Shown: positions 47,550-61,700, counted from the stretch's first letter. The stretch is 64,000 nt of DNA from Schmidtea nova (GCA_044892505.1 CM097882.1:488436001-488500000); one strand, 5' to 3'. Notes: generated by a model not told the origin, from the sequence alone. Program-made: numbers and translations.

Positions 47550-50500
47550 TGTGATAACATATACTAGAACACAAGTACCCATTATAACGTAACCAACACA
47601 GCATTTACCCCAGCAGTCCCGAAACACTTTTTACAGGAGATTCTGCTGGGCTCTACATATCTCTTGTACATAAAACTATATAAAAAGCTCATAAGACCAC
47701 TTAAATAAAACTAATTTTAATAACTAGCATTACATAATTCAGCATTAATTATAATCGAACCAAATAATAGAAACTAAATAACAAATAACAAAGTCACGCA
47801 ATAAAGCTTATTACAATTGGTGTCAGATGGAAAAAGCAACACATTTTCATCATCTTTTTCAACTACTATCTCTTTTAGCATACGTAGTATAGATGTATAA
47901 AGAATAGCGTTTCTGTTGACTGAACACAGTTAATTATATCCTTAAAAAAGCTCATTTTTTCACAAACAAACAAAGCAAGTAAAAATACAAGAAATCAAAC
48001 AATTTTAAGTCCATAAAAAATTGATACAATGATTAACCCATCCCAAATTTTTATAAACCAAAATGGCTCTATGCAAGCATGGTTAAAAGTAGATAATTTG
48101 ACACTATCCTTAATTGGAATAAACTCACCAAGACTAATATGCTCGCACATATTGACGGCACTTTCAAGTCATATCCGCAAGGAATTTGCCTATCAAATAC
48201 AGGTAATCCTCGTTTAAAGCGGTTTACTGGCTCCGTGTTATCTAAAACCGGGTTAAATAAAACTAAAAATTTACATATAAGAAAAAATTATAATAAGAAA
48301 AGAAGTTAAAAATTTAATTATATTTTGAAAAAAATTATCTAACATTTAAAATAATTTTAGTTTAACAACCGCGTTAAACGAGGGTTACCTGTAGATAAAA
48401 TTTCCAATATCAAACAACCCTTTTGAAAAACTGTGCAGCGTATTAGAAAATAGGGATGAAACAAATAAAAAACAAATACAAGAATCTTTCACAAATAACA
48501 TGCAAATAAACATTATCCCAATTAATTTTACAAGACCACAAAAAGCAGAATTTGGAGTACGTCGAAGCAAAAATTGCAAACCTTGACTCAAACCAGCAAA
48601 GAACAGTGCAAAAGCCAGCAACTAAAAATAATGAAACTGAAAGTAAAATGTTGACAGACATGGTCGATAAAATAAATATAGGAGCTTATCTCAGTATAAG
48701 CAGCATTCATGACAACAGAAATAAAATATCTAATCATAAGCAAGATGAGAACGAAAACAGAATTTAACGAAACAAATAAAATCTAAAATAACTTAATAAG
48801 TCAACTTGAAAAAAATAGCAACGGAAAACAAAAGGTTCAAATTAGAACTAAATGAAATTCAAGAAAAAAATCACAAACAAAACTACTATCCAAATCAAAC
48901 AGTGTATAGGCTCAATAGGCCAAAGCCAGACTCAAGAAATCAACACCAAAACTTTCACAACAATAAAAACAAAGAAACAAGAAATAGACAAAAATACTGG
49001 AAACCAGAAATCAGACAAGCAAATCAAAAATTTGTTACTTTCATAACAAATTTAGAGAGAAAAGGCATTCAAATTCACAAAACCCTGTAGATATAAGGAA
49101 ACAAATACAGAAAAACTGAAAACGTTACCAGTAGTTGCACCTACATTTTAGAAGAAACAAAACACTTTCTGAGTACATTCAAATAAAATAGAATTTCTAG
49201 TGGACACATATTCAGTGATATCGAGACTACTATATACTTTGTACAAAAATACCAAAAATCAAAACAAACTACTAACTGCAGCCAATGGATCTAACATAAA
49301 AACGTTTGGTGAACAGGATATAACCCTAACAATAAACAACAAAACTTAGAAATGGACATTCATGATAGTCGAAGTTTAACAAAGAATAATTGGTGCAGAT
49401 TTCTTATCAAAATACAATTTTCTGGTCGGCGCAAAAACTAATGACTTATAGAAAACTCAAAAATAATAAATATACAACACATCATGAGATGCAAAACCAA
49501 GCCGAAGAAGGAAATAGGTGTTGTTTCAAAAAACACTGAAAGCAAAGTCATGTTTCAACAAAGCCAAACAACCCCAGAAATAAGTAAGCTACGTAACCAA
49601 TTCGGTGAATTAACAGAACCAGTTCAATTTAGTGATGATTCAGAACACATAACTAAACATGCGATAATAACCAATGGAAATCTAGTACACGTAAAAATGA
49701 GGCCACTGGATCCCAAAAAAAGAAATTACGATAAACATTTTTGACGAATTGTTGGAAAACAACATTGTCAAACATTCAAATTTAGAATGGTATTCCGCGT
49801 TGATGTTAAAACAAAAAGCAATGGTGAATGGAGAGCCTGTAGCAATTATAGACTTCTAAACAAAATTACAGAATCAGACAGATATCCATTACCAATTATA
49901 AAGGACATAATTAGCCGAAAAAAGGGTGCAAAAAAACTTTTCAAAAATAGATCTGTAAGAAGCATATCATCAGATTTCAATAAGGAAAGAAGACATAAAA
50001 AAGACTGCAATAACAACTCCGGTTAGAATGTTCAAATACAACCAAATGCCGTTCGGTTTATGAAACGCAGCAGCAACTTTTCAGCGATTTACGGATCAAA
50101 CAATGAAAATCAACAAAAACACAATGGCTTATCTGGAGGACATTTTAATAACCAGCCCAGGCAAGGAAACACATTTAAAAGACATAAAGAACGTGTTCGA
50201 GACATTAAAAAACGCAAACTAAAAATCAACGCACAAAAATGCGAATTTATAAAAACCGAAATAAATTTCCTTGGTCATACCTTAAACAAAAAAGGAACAC
50301 AACCAATCGAAGTCAAAATAAACAATATTACAAATTACAAATTGCCAATTACCACTAGGGAATTGAGAAGATTCTTGGGAATGGTAAACTTTTACCTCTC
50401 TTATATTCCCAACTGTAGCAAATTATTGGCACCATTAAATGACATCATTAAAACAAAATGAAACGTCAAAATAAATTGGACACAACAAACAACCGAAGTA

Positions 50501-51030
50501 TTCGAAAAAGCTAAAGAAAGCCTATCACACGCAACATTACTCGGATATCCAGATCCAGAATTAGAATATCAACTAGCAACAGATTGTTCAGGCTTCGCAA
50601 TGTGCGCAACAATTTATCACAACAATCAATTCGGAAAACAATTAATATGATTCTTTTCTTAAAAACTAAAGTCACATCAAATCAGATATTCGACTTTTGA
50701 CAGAAAACTCCTAGCAATACATGATGCAATTAAACATTTCCATCACTTGCTAGAAGGGCAAACTTTTAAAATATATACAGATCACAAACCTCTAAAAAAC
50801 GCAATAGCGATGAAGAATACATCTCCAAGACAAATTCGACAATTATTTTATTTCACAATTTAATTGCACTGGAAATTATGTAGCTGGAAAATCAAACATT
50901 GCAGCAGACGCTCTATCTAGAATAGAAAGCGACATAAACTCAATAGAATTCGAAGAAATAATAGAAACGGAACAAATTAAAGACAAAGAATCCGAAACAA
51001 TAAACAAACTTCCTACAAAACACAACATGT
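47550..51030 (+). mobile_element. Third Gypsy family: 5' LTR, PBS, gag, protease, RT, RNase H; integrase and 3' LTR missing
   Basis: LTR 47550-47815 (TGTGAT...ATTACA, TATA, AATAAA); PBS TGGTGTCAGA at 47818 (tRNA-Leu-type); FLVDT, AANGSNIKTFG, IIGADFL, GEWRACSNYRLLNKITESDRYPLP, RRFLGMVNFY, YTDHKPL, AADALSR. Confidence 0.88.
48200..48391. mobile_element. Tigger/pogo-like MITE nested in the Gypsy leader
   Basis: 25-bp TIRs CAGGTAA(T/C)CCTCGTTTAA(A/C)GCGGTT; TA on both sides. Confidence 0.88.
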
Positions 51031-54000
51031 AACTTAAAAATCATTTTTAACTAAGATTTGTTATTAAATAAAATTTTGTATTTTTTTGAAATAATTTTTT
51101 AGGATATTCCAAGAAATATTCCGAATTGGAATTAGTTATTGACATTTTACATGGCTTTTATCATTCTGATTTAGTAGATTTCGCAAATTCCATTTTAATA
51201 TTTTATTTTCACCATTGAAATTTCAAGTTTTATTTTCTATTTCAAGCATTACCCATTTTTTTGTCCTGAATTATCTAAGACTTCTAAATTATTTCAATTG
51301 CCGTGTAAACATGTTTGATTGTCTATAAATTGAAAATAATTAGACAGTATTATAATTTTGGCTTTTGACAATGGAAAAATTTTGCAAAATAATTTTCAGA
51401 AATTTGAAATTTTATATTAAAATTCATTAAAATAAAAGTTACGATGTCATTTATTTCTTTTATCGATAACTCTCCTGGGAAATATTTCAAATTTTTACCC
51501 AAAATCCCTATTTTCAAAACAAACAAATTTATTATTGGACTCTTAATCGCGTAAAATAATTTACCTTTTAAAGTTTGAATGCATTTTTCATTGTAAATTT
51601 TTTCTTCCACTTTATCTATGACATAATAAATCTTAAACTATGTAAAGATAAAATTGAACATCAACGCAAGTTTTCATTTGACATTGGTAATTTATTACAC
51701 TTATATTATACCGTATAACACTGAATACCACCTTCTATAATATTAGTAGGTATGTGTTGTCAGTGATTACTCATGATTTTTAACTGGATAAAGAAATTTA
51801 CATAAAATTTATCATTTAAATACGACTTTTTTTAGTGATTTACCAACGTTACAATGGATTTATATTCACGCAAAGTAAGAAACTAAAGTAAAATTTATTA
51901 TTTTATAACATTAATCTCCTAAGATATCTAATTTTTTGAAGCATTTTGGAAAAAAGCAATGGATATGCTGATAATAATTTTTGAAATTTTTATATCCATC
52001 TTTTTCTAACTCATTTTGTAATGATTCTTTAATTAGGCCAAATTGTTTATAGTGAAATATTATTGATTTAATTGTGTTTTTTAAGATTCATAACAGTCTT
52101 CCGTTTTGTAGGTAATTTTTCTCATTTACCATGGCATTGACAGTCTTTGCTTTATCAGCCGCTGAAATTCTGTTACATATTTCTGTTATAATATTTTAAA
52201 ATATTAAGCCTATAAAACCTATAAAACCTAAGTTTTCCTAGTTTTTCTTTGTAAATCAAGCACTGCAAAACTTGATTATTCTTCATTAAATGATACTATG
52301 AAAATTTTGATTTAATTATAATAATTATATTAAAAAATAATTTTTACAAATTTGACTGATCATTTTCCCGAAAATATAATGTTGATCCTTCAGAAATATT
52401 GAAATTGCTATAAAAAATTTAATTAATTATAAAAATTTAAAAATAAATCTTCCAATTCGCCCTCTTGAAAAATAATTTTTTTCAAAGATTTTGCTTTTAA
52501 AATTTGTTTCATTTTAAAAATCAATAAAACATAATTGAAATAAATGTTGGGCCAACCAAATAGGATCTAAATACAAAATAATGAATAGAGAATAATAATT
52601 ACCAGTAATCACAGAAGGTTCTATAAAATAAAAGTAAAAAGAAATAAATACTAGTAAACAAAAAACAATAATAACGAATACCCGCGGTTATCACTGAAAG
52701 CAGGAGGAAAGTGGATGGTGGTTGAAAAATATAAAATAATAGTAAATAAATGTTCAAAATAGTAATAAAAGTACGTAAAAGTAATGATAATTATTACCTG
52801 CAGCAACAAATGGAGACCCGAAATAACTAAATTAAACAAAAATCAATTAGCAGAAAATGGAGTAAATAATTATACTGCAAAGGAGAAAAACATATTAAAT
52901 AGAATAATTCAAACAAAATAAATATTTACCCCATTTAAATAAGAAACGAATTCTGAAAATTTAAATGGGTAAATTATAAATGAATTGTGAATAAACAAAT
53001 ATTTACCATTTTAAGTTTATGATCGAGCCCCCTGATTAGCTGATCGAGAAGTGCCAACAGGTATAAATACCAGTGTTGAAATCAGTTAAAAACCTTAGTG
53101 TGTTAAATCTTGTCGCTAATATTTTTGGCATACAGACATATACAGTGAAATATCGCTTTGGAATCTTGACAGAACATTATATTATTTGAAACTGTAATTG
53201 GTGGAATTTGAATAAAGGTATCATTTGATTTATATTTTGTTATGCAAACTTGGTTAAATCCTTCATAGTGTGTTTTTGTTAAATAATAGGAGTACGTCCT
53301 GATGAACTCGCGACCTAATTGGCGATAAGCTGCCTCTCACTCCGACTCCTTGGGGAGGTGGGTGATGTGGTGTACCTGTGCCAAATATGGGAGGAGATTG
53401 TACGGGGGATGCTTGATATGGAGTGATTAAAAAATGCGACAAGTTTGATTCCATATAGATGGTAAATCTACCCATATGACAGAGTGGGGAATTGAATGAA
53501 AGTCATTCTACGGATGTAAAGATTTTTTTGAACAAGGGGGTGGATGGATTTAGGTAACCGCATGTATGAACTTGGCAACTACGACAACAAGTGTAGGGTA
53601 TTGACAATAATACACTCAAAACTGTGTTTCACATAGCTATTTAGGTATAAGCGATATCGACACATAATTGGCAAGAGATCGGAACCGTTTGGGATTTTCC
53701 AAGAATAGAAGAGCGCATATGTTGTAAGCACATGATAGGAAATACTATAAGTACAATGCAATAGCATGATAAGGATGATAAACCCATTACGCAATTTTTT
53801 GCGTAACTTTGATTGATCAGAATAGCATGATTCATTAATCGTTCCAACATTAGCTAAATATTTTAGGGAGAGGAAGATAATTCCACTTCCACATGATACC
53901 GATCATTTCCGCCGGCGAATCATAATGAACACGAAGTTATACACATGGTTAATCGATACCAGAAATTTGTTTTTTTCAACTAAATTCATTCCAGTCACAT

Positions 54001-54420
54001 AGATTGAAGGTAAACTCCACTCGAGTAATTACCGAATAGTTTTGTACATAATCCGACAAAGGGAGAACCATTGCTGAATGAAATTTGGGTGGCTGGGGTA
54101 GATCGAATAAAAACGTCGAATACGAGTAATATGAATGTGAATAGACTGTTTGATTCGAATGGTAATTCTGAATGTTAATTGCCTGATCGTATGTGCGAAT
54201 TTTAAAGTTGATATTTATTCAATTAACTCTATGTCAATAGTCAGAGAATCCACTTCTATAGCAAAGAAATATATTGCAGGAATCGTGAAAATCACTCAGT
54301 TAGGTAAATATAATATTGAATTCCGCTACTAGTATTATACCAAACCAAGAATTTTCCTTCCAGCTCGGTCAAAGAAATGGTGAGGAAACCAACTAATGTT
54401 TTTTCGATTATGTCTCCCAA

Positions 54421-55041
54421 TTGATTCTAGACAAAGAGGAAAAGCACAGTTACTCTGATGGATATGTCCAAAGTGAAGATCGTTTATTTTTGGAACGCCA
54501 AGATAAATAATTCTACCTATTCACTATTGGTGGACATCCCTCAGGACGTAAGCAGCGACGTCAACCGTCGGATGAGAAAAGGTGCCAAGAATTTCGCCAA
54601 CCCGCTCCATTTAGGTTGTGGAAGCGGAAAGACTTCCGAATCAGATGGAAAGGAGGACTTCACTGGCCGCTCTCCGAAAAATTCTCCCACACTGGATTTC
54701 CAAGATGGTTCGATGAGATCCGAGACGAAGTAGGCACACCTCGCTGGCTCCTCCATTTTCAAGTCATTGAGATACGAAAATTCAATCAGCTAGGTTACAT
54801 TGTTCTCGACAAGCCCCGCCATATCCGTACTAGAGAAAAGTTGGAGTATCCGAATTTGCCTGACGGTTTTTAGGAGGAATGGAAGAACCGATCCGGATTG
54901 GCGGCCAAAATTCAATTCAAAGAAATATTTCTATATAAAGAAAACCTGTGTTTGAGTCCCAACCCAATATCCTACGACACTGATGACATCAGGAAAGATG
55001 AGTCAGAGTATTCCCAAGATTGTCTCTGCGGTCTTCAGTGA
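54421..55041 (+). pseudogene. Unidentified ~200-codon reading frame with two internal stops
   Basis: One frame reads LILDKEEKHSYSDG...WKRKDFRIRWKGGLHWPLSEKF...CLCGLQ*; much more GC-rich than the background. No family recognised. Confidence 0.35.
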
Positions 55042-57876
55042 GAGCTGAACTTCACCGGATGCTAATTATTGGCACAGTGAAGACTTATTTTTGTGTGACT
55101 TGTTTTAGTTTCATTATAATTTTTTATTTCTATTATGCCTTAATCCTTCTTTTGTTGTTTACACTTTTGAATGTTTGGTATGTATGTGAAAATGATTGGG
55201 TTAAAAGTAAATAGAGAGAAATGGTGTGAAGAGCTGGAATGCATGGAAAAAAGAAAGGTCAGTGTAGTGCATTACGAATGATGAAAACTTGGGTTGCCGA
55301 GAATGCTGCATTGGAAAATGAGGTGTTAGATTCACGAAATAGAGAATAGGATAATCGTAAAAAATGAATCGTCATTTATAACATATAAATGTTTTCTGAA
55401 TTAATTTTCACGTTTCAGATGGATGTCCAGATAAAAAGGTAAAACGAGAGTTGTCGAAAGAAACCGTAAATGCGTTACGGTGGAAAGTCGCACACCAATC
55501 TAAGGTTATGGAGAAGATGCGACACACATGGTTTACACCAGCGTCCATTAAGGCAATAATGATGCGAAACGAGCGCCTGCAACGAGCCTTAGACGATCAA
55601 GAGACCAAATTGAATTGAATAATTGTCTACGAACGGTGACATCCGATTTTGACTCTCAAAACCTGACGCAGCAGATTCAGTCTAGTGTTGAGGTCTAAGA
55701 TTTTTAGATCTCAACGTGCACTGGTGTAGACTATCGTATATAAAAATAAGATAAAGTCTTTTTTTGAAAAAATTTATTTAATAATAAAATTTACCAAATC
55801 AAATGTTCTCAATTACTCCAAAAGTTACAAATTACACGTTCCAATCAAAAACTATCAAATACGCTTTCAACTGTTTTATTTAAAGGATATTTTTTGCGTG
55901 TCCTATTGTGTGCTTGTTTTTTAGTGAATGTGTTATGTTGTTTTAATGATGACAATTTCTTGTAGAACGTTTTTGTGCTGTTCTTTAATTTTAGGTTCTC
56001 TCAGGATTACCCTTTGAGAAAGTTTTTCGCTAAATTTAATTTCAAAAATTGTGGGCCACTTTTCGAAATTTTGGTTTCTTTATATACCAAAATTCGTATG
56101 CTAATTTAAATAATTTTGATTTTCTATTTCCCCCTATTATCTCTGCTGCCGTATAATTCCAATTTGCTCCGATTATAATTATTTGTTCCGTCAATTATTT
56201 TAATTATGTTGATATTATTTTAACTATGTTAATAATAAAATAATTCGTTAACAAGTACATGTTAATAATAAATAAAATATATACATTTATACATTTATAA
56301 TAAAAATAAATCACATTCATAAAAACTTATAATAAATCACATTAATAAGAACACACTCACATTCATAATAAACATAAATTGTTATAAAAGTCATAATAAT
56401 ATCAAATATTTACATCAGTTGAAAAGTCATAGATTGTTAATCAATATTCACCAAAGATGATAATGTCGAGAATTAAATGCCCAATGGATATTGTTGTCTT
56501 GATCTACAGTATTGAGATTGATTGATATTGGGTTCTGTTTCTTTTTGAATATTGGTCTTCTCGACAGGCTCTGCATAAATGTTCACTCTGTATTTGTTGC
56601 CCCCCACACTATAATTTTCTGATAGGAGGAATGTATTGATGGGCTTACCTTCATCATCCAACACTAGTATATTCGCGAAAAGGGTAGATGTCGCGTCAAC
56701 GACAGTAGAAACACAGAGTTTTCTGCCACTAACCCATCAATAACCTCGAGGAAACAATTCCAGGAGATACCTATCAATCAGACGAGGCCGAAGACTAACA
56801 AGTGTAAACGACTGGGGGCGAAAAGAAGACGAGAGCGTCGGGCTTTTTGCCGAAAGATTGAATATTCAAGTGGATTTACTAAGCGGTGTATCCGAAAAAC
56901 AATTGACGAATTTAATTGACATTAGCGGGATTTTTTTGAACGAATATGTTTTTATTGCGAATATATGTGTTTTGCTTCATTTAAGATTTTGATCTGGATA
57001 TGTATGAATTCACTGTTTGAAGTATGGTGTGGTGAATAATAAGTTTAGGGAAAATATTATAAAAAGGGGACACGTGTTTGACATTGCAAGGCCTTCTATA
57101 GGCCAGGAAGAACCCGTAGGGGCTAGAGTCACTACATAGTAGCTCACCTGCCTTCTTGACATACACCGGTCACTATGCTAATGAGATACAATTAGGGGTG
57201 TCTTGTGGGCAACATCGCGGGGTTATATCATTTTATGTGGGTGGAGTTGCCCTAATACCAACATCATCAAAAACTCCATGTTAACAACCAACAACCCAAC
57301 ATAAAGAAGATACCAACTTTTTTGTGTGCATGTAATTTATTTTAGGTTTTTATTGATTGATTTGCACCCATTAAGTTTGCATGCAGTTTCTGCAATATAA
57401 TGCCTTTATGTGGTTTACAAATTTTTTCTACCCATTTTGTCTACCACATAATAAAAGGTGTTATTCATCGTTAGCACACCGGTAACACACAGAGGAGTGT
57501 TTGAAATTTCTATTGTATAATTTAATTTTATATCATCGTTATACGGTATAGAATCTCGTATTGTATGAAAACAGGTGCATGTAATGTACAGAAAGGTGCC
57601 CTTTTCTTTACTATAAACTTATTGATTTTTTAAATTTTAGGTTGTGTTACTGAGTGAAATACGGTATATTACCATTTTCGAAAATTATTTATTTCTTTAT
57701 TTTGTCAACGTTTTGCATTATCAAACCAGACATTTCCTATATTACATGATACTAACGGTTATCTTTTTTGGGGAGGGAAAATCTTCATTTTTATGTATTA
57801 TAAATTAAAATTACAGTAAATAACTATTAATGAATATAATTTCTTTTAAAAAAACTAAGTAATAAATATAAATCTT

Positions 57877-58728
57877 TTATTTACAAATATTCAAAGCGAA
57901 ACAAGCTTCTTTGGCCGCTTTCTGCTTTGCATCAGATCTGGTACAATTTTCTTTGTTTTGAAAATATAAATCATTCACAAAAACTTCAAAAACAAAATCT
58001 TGATTAAATTTATTATTAATCACTGTGTAAATGGGAGGTTTCAGTTTTTTACTTTGACAAAACATATTTAAAACTGAAATATAATCAACAAATGGTTCTG
58101 ATTGCCTTCCGATGTCAAATTCCTGAAAATTTTCCATAACATTTTCTTCCATATTTTCAATCATATCATTAGGTAGAAATGATTTATCGATTTTATGAAT
58201 ACCTCTCGACAATTTATCTGCAATAAATAACTCATCACTCAAATGGGAACTGTCTTTCAGGAAATTAGTATTGATATTGAAATATCCCAAATTAATAAAC
58301 AACTTCACAAATAAATTACTATATAATTTGTCATCAAAACCACAAATAGAATTTAATTCATAATTTAAAGCTAATTGATTTTCAGTTGCTAAAGAATATT
58401 TATGCAATAACTTATTAACTTTAGGAGAAAGATTTAAATATACCGCATCTTCAGTTACGGATTTATTGTCATTGTAAATTTGCAAACATTCTACATCTTG
58501 GAAAGACAAATTTTGTTTATTTAATAAAAATTTAACCCATAAAAATCCATAAGATATGCTAAGCAATTCCAATGCCATAATTGGAATATCAAATTTAAAT
58601 GTTTTACCTAATTTTTCTGAGCAATAAAATTTGGATTTTTCATTTATTTTTGCTACACATCCTATTCCATAAATAGGCGATACATCTGTCCATAATTTCA
58701 CTTTGATATAATTACTAAAATGTTTCAT
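57877..58728 (-). CDS. Intronless RNase H-like (DIRS/retroelement type) plus dsRNA-binding domain protein, 283 aa
   Basis: WTDVS..GIG (D15), I..LELLSI (E54), IYNDN (D87), IADKLSR (D171); residues 215-281 DYISVLNMFCQ...PPIY...F.FEVFVN...RSDAKQKAAKEAC.AL follow the dsRBD consensus. No stops. Confidence 0.78.
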   Translation of the reverse strand: MKHFSNYIKVKLWTDVSPIYGIGCVAKINEKSKFYCSEKLGKTFKFDIPIMALELLSISYGFLWVKFLLNKQNLSFQDVECLQIYNDNKSVTEDAVYLNLSPKVNKLLHKYSLATENQLALNYELNSICGFDDKLYSNLFVKLFINLGYFNINTNFLKDSSHLSDELFIADKLSRGIHKIDKSFLPNDMIENMEENVMENFQEFDIGRQSEPFVDYISVLNMFCQSKKLKPPIYTVINNKFNQDFVFEVFVNDLYFQNKENCTRSDAKQKAAKEACFALNICK

Positions 58729-61700
58729 TTAAAAAAATCATGATTAAAAACAAAATAATTATCTTTTAATATTTAAAATTGGATAAACAAAGGATTATCT
58801 CACTAAATTTGTTTGATAAAGCCTTTTTAAAATTTTTTTCTAATTAAAATAAATTTATTATTTTAAATATAAAATTTCTATATAAAAATGAAACGTAAGT
58901 AATACATTATTTGGCTGACAGGAGAGTAATTTTTTATTTGTTTAAACGCGTCGGCAATACACAAGTACTGCTCAAAAGTTAATTTAAAATTCATGATAAT
59001 ACCAAAAAATCCAAAGTAAGATGGATAAGCACGAAAAAATAAAATATTAAAACTCAAAAGGTAGCAAGCGTAGTGTTAGGCAAAAATTAAACCCAACAAG
59101 TTCTTGTTTAATCGCAGTAGTAACACAGCACGTAAAAATCGCGCACGAATTGAATTTATTATCTTTTATGTATTCTCTATTATGTATTAGTGTCGTTATA
59201 AATTAAAATTTAGACATGAGAGAAGCTCATCTATTGGATAGGTTAAAGATGAAGGAGCCCAGAGCAATGGATGCGTCAGTAGTTGATCTAATGCTGAACT
59301 GCACAATTACATTATCATGGTGGGTTGCTGATCGTTAATATGACATTGACATTGTTATGGCTCGCATCAACAACTCAACATACAAAACATTAGTTTGACT
59401 ATATTTGTTGCCCATCACTATGTAAGGTTGGTAATGCAACAAATAGGTGGATGTCCGCAAACAGAGAGCGTCGAAAAATTCGAAACTATGATTGACCGAA
59501 CATCTCCTGGGTTCAAGGGCTACCGATAGAAGGTTTAATGCCAACTTTTGTCCCTTATTCGACATTTTATCTACAAGCATTCAATAAGATTTTTAATCGA
59601 CCATTCAAATAAATAATCAATATCAATACAATTTATTAACATCAAATTAAACTATATTATTCAAAAATAATGTCTAAGTAAATGTATCCCAGCCATATGC
59701 AAAACAAAATAAATTCAATCATTTCGAAAAGTTTGTGTAAGCGTTCCTGTTTTGATTATCCAGTCTTAAATTCAAGTCGGGTATCGATCAAAGAGATCAG
59801 CGAAGCTTTCAGATAACTTTCCCCTCGATTTTTCCCGATCAAAATCTAAAGCATAATAAAATTACTTACTTCATCTAACCGCCATATACCATATTATCCA
59901 AAGACACTAGCATTTTCGCACATTTATTTTATTCACAAGCTCGTATTCAAATATACCATCGTAACTCAATTCGGGGATCAAATATTCCTTTAGCAACACA
60001 TATATTCGGGGTATTCGATCGCGGTTATTTTGGTCTAAACGATTATTATTTTCGTGATTTTTTAAATTCCTATATTTTTAATGTAAAAATTTAGCTAAAT
60101 TTTATGTATATCCTATTCCTAGTGTCTCTTTTGCTCTATAAATTATAATAAAATTTTTATTATTAAAAATTTAACATTAAATTTTTTAAATTTTGCCGAG
60201 TCGGTAGTCATTGACAACGGATTAAGATTTATAAATTTTTTTGATCGGTTGATATCGTTATTACCTCTTTCCCATATATTGAAATTTCTATGAACAAATT
60301 AAACTATTTTAGGGCCTACCAGAAAACTTGAAGACCTCTCTCTTCCACTGTCGTAAATAAAATACTCTATATGGAATTTTGAAAGTCATTTAGAAAATCA
60401 CCTCCTCAACGCTGATTGGTCCAAATTCATTATTTTAAGCTTTACATTACTGCTTAGACTATTGATTTGTATGCGTTTCTATTTTTAGGCTTTATGAGTT
60501 TTTATAGTTCAACATTAATAGTCCGGGTAAATATTTTCTTTTCTTTTTTTTATTTTAATTTATTCCTTCAAATTCATTTAGACATTTTACGATCCTTAAG
60601 CTCAAATTTCAGGAGGTGGCAATTGTTGCAATTTATTGTTGTTGTTCTTTCTTAGTGCAATAAAGTTTCTCTCATTCGAGGATATTTTGATTTATCGTCG
60701 GAAACTTTTTTGTCCGAAAATTTTGATACAGTAAATTTACTCCGTTATTTTTTCGGAGACTTTTCTTAAGGATGGACAACTTTCCCTTCCAGTGATTTCT
60801 AACCAACGGAGCTAATGATTTTATCTTATAGTAAAAACCGAGATCCTTGGAGCTAAAAGGAAATCATTTACAAAGGTTGGATATATTAGAAAGCCTTCGC
60901 CAAATTTCTTTTCCTGTCGTTTGAGATTCAATCTTTTAAGACGGCTCTATTTGAGGAAAAGGAGTTGCGACGTATTTTCCTTTTTAGATTGACATTTTAT
61001 ATTTATCTTTGCCTGTTGGTATTTTATGTTAAAGTTTGTCAATTAAATAAAATTTGTGTCAGTACTTCCCTTGTTAATTGTTAATAAATTTAATGGATGA
61101 AAATATGAATTATAATATGAATGAGTTTTAAGGGTGAGGTTAAATGATAGGATTTGAATTTGGTGTTTTATGAAGTAGTTAATAGGAAATTAAATTCACC
61201 AGTTATCAATTAATAAATTAATTTTTCTAAATATGGTAGCTCACTCGAATGGTCTTAATGACTGAAACAATAAATATTTTATATAATCTAATCCATTCTA
61301 ATTTGTGTTATCAATTGCAAATAGAGTAGTTAGGTTATGGGATGTTATTGGGTCTAATGATTAGCTTAATTTCAAATATAAATTAATGAAATTTTACATG
61401 AAGTTTTATTTGGATGTAACATGCTACATAGGTAACCTAAATAAATGAAACAATTGACTTAACTAAAAATGGGTGTGCAGATTTTATGTAGCTTTTTCTG
61501 GGTATGCTATTGATATGGATGATGATTGTTGGTTGAAATGATTTAATTAATTGTGAATATGGATGTTGTGAGATGCAAGCCATTTATGTTAGCGGGTGTT
61601 GTGATTTTTCAATGAATTTGTACATGGAATGTTGTATCTGCAAGTTGATGATTATAGATATTTTTATCAATGAAATGGCTAATTCTCCATGTGGAGCGTA

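Noticed and set aside
53400-53900. Phlebovirus Gc-like envelope (CCRSCQVHTCG) or Polinton polymerase-associated GSGW motif
   Set aside because: Each rests on a few residues in stop-ridden frames with the wrong spacing to neighbouring motifs; not supportable by eye.
54458-54733. LHLGCGSGKT as a SAM-binding motif or Walker A
   Set aside because: Spacing is not a canonical Walker A, the downstream sequence is hydrophilic with no Walker B or methyltransferase motifs, and the ORF overlaps a longer frame.
59218-59600. Second RNase H (TTDASIALG) or an RT upstream of the 57877 ORF
   Set aside because: Only a four-residue motif in a short frame; no RT motifs or downstream catalytic residues.
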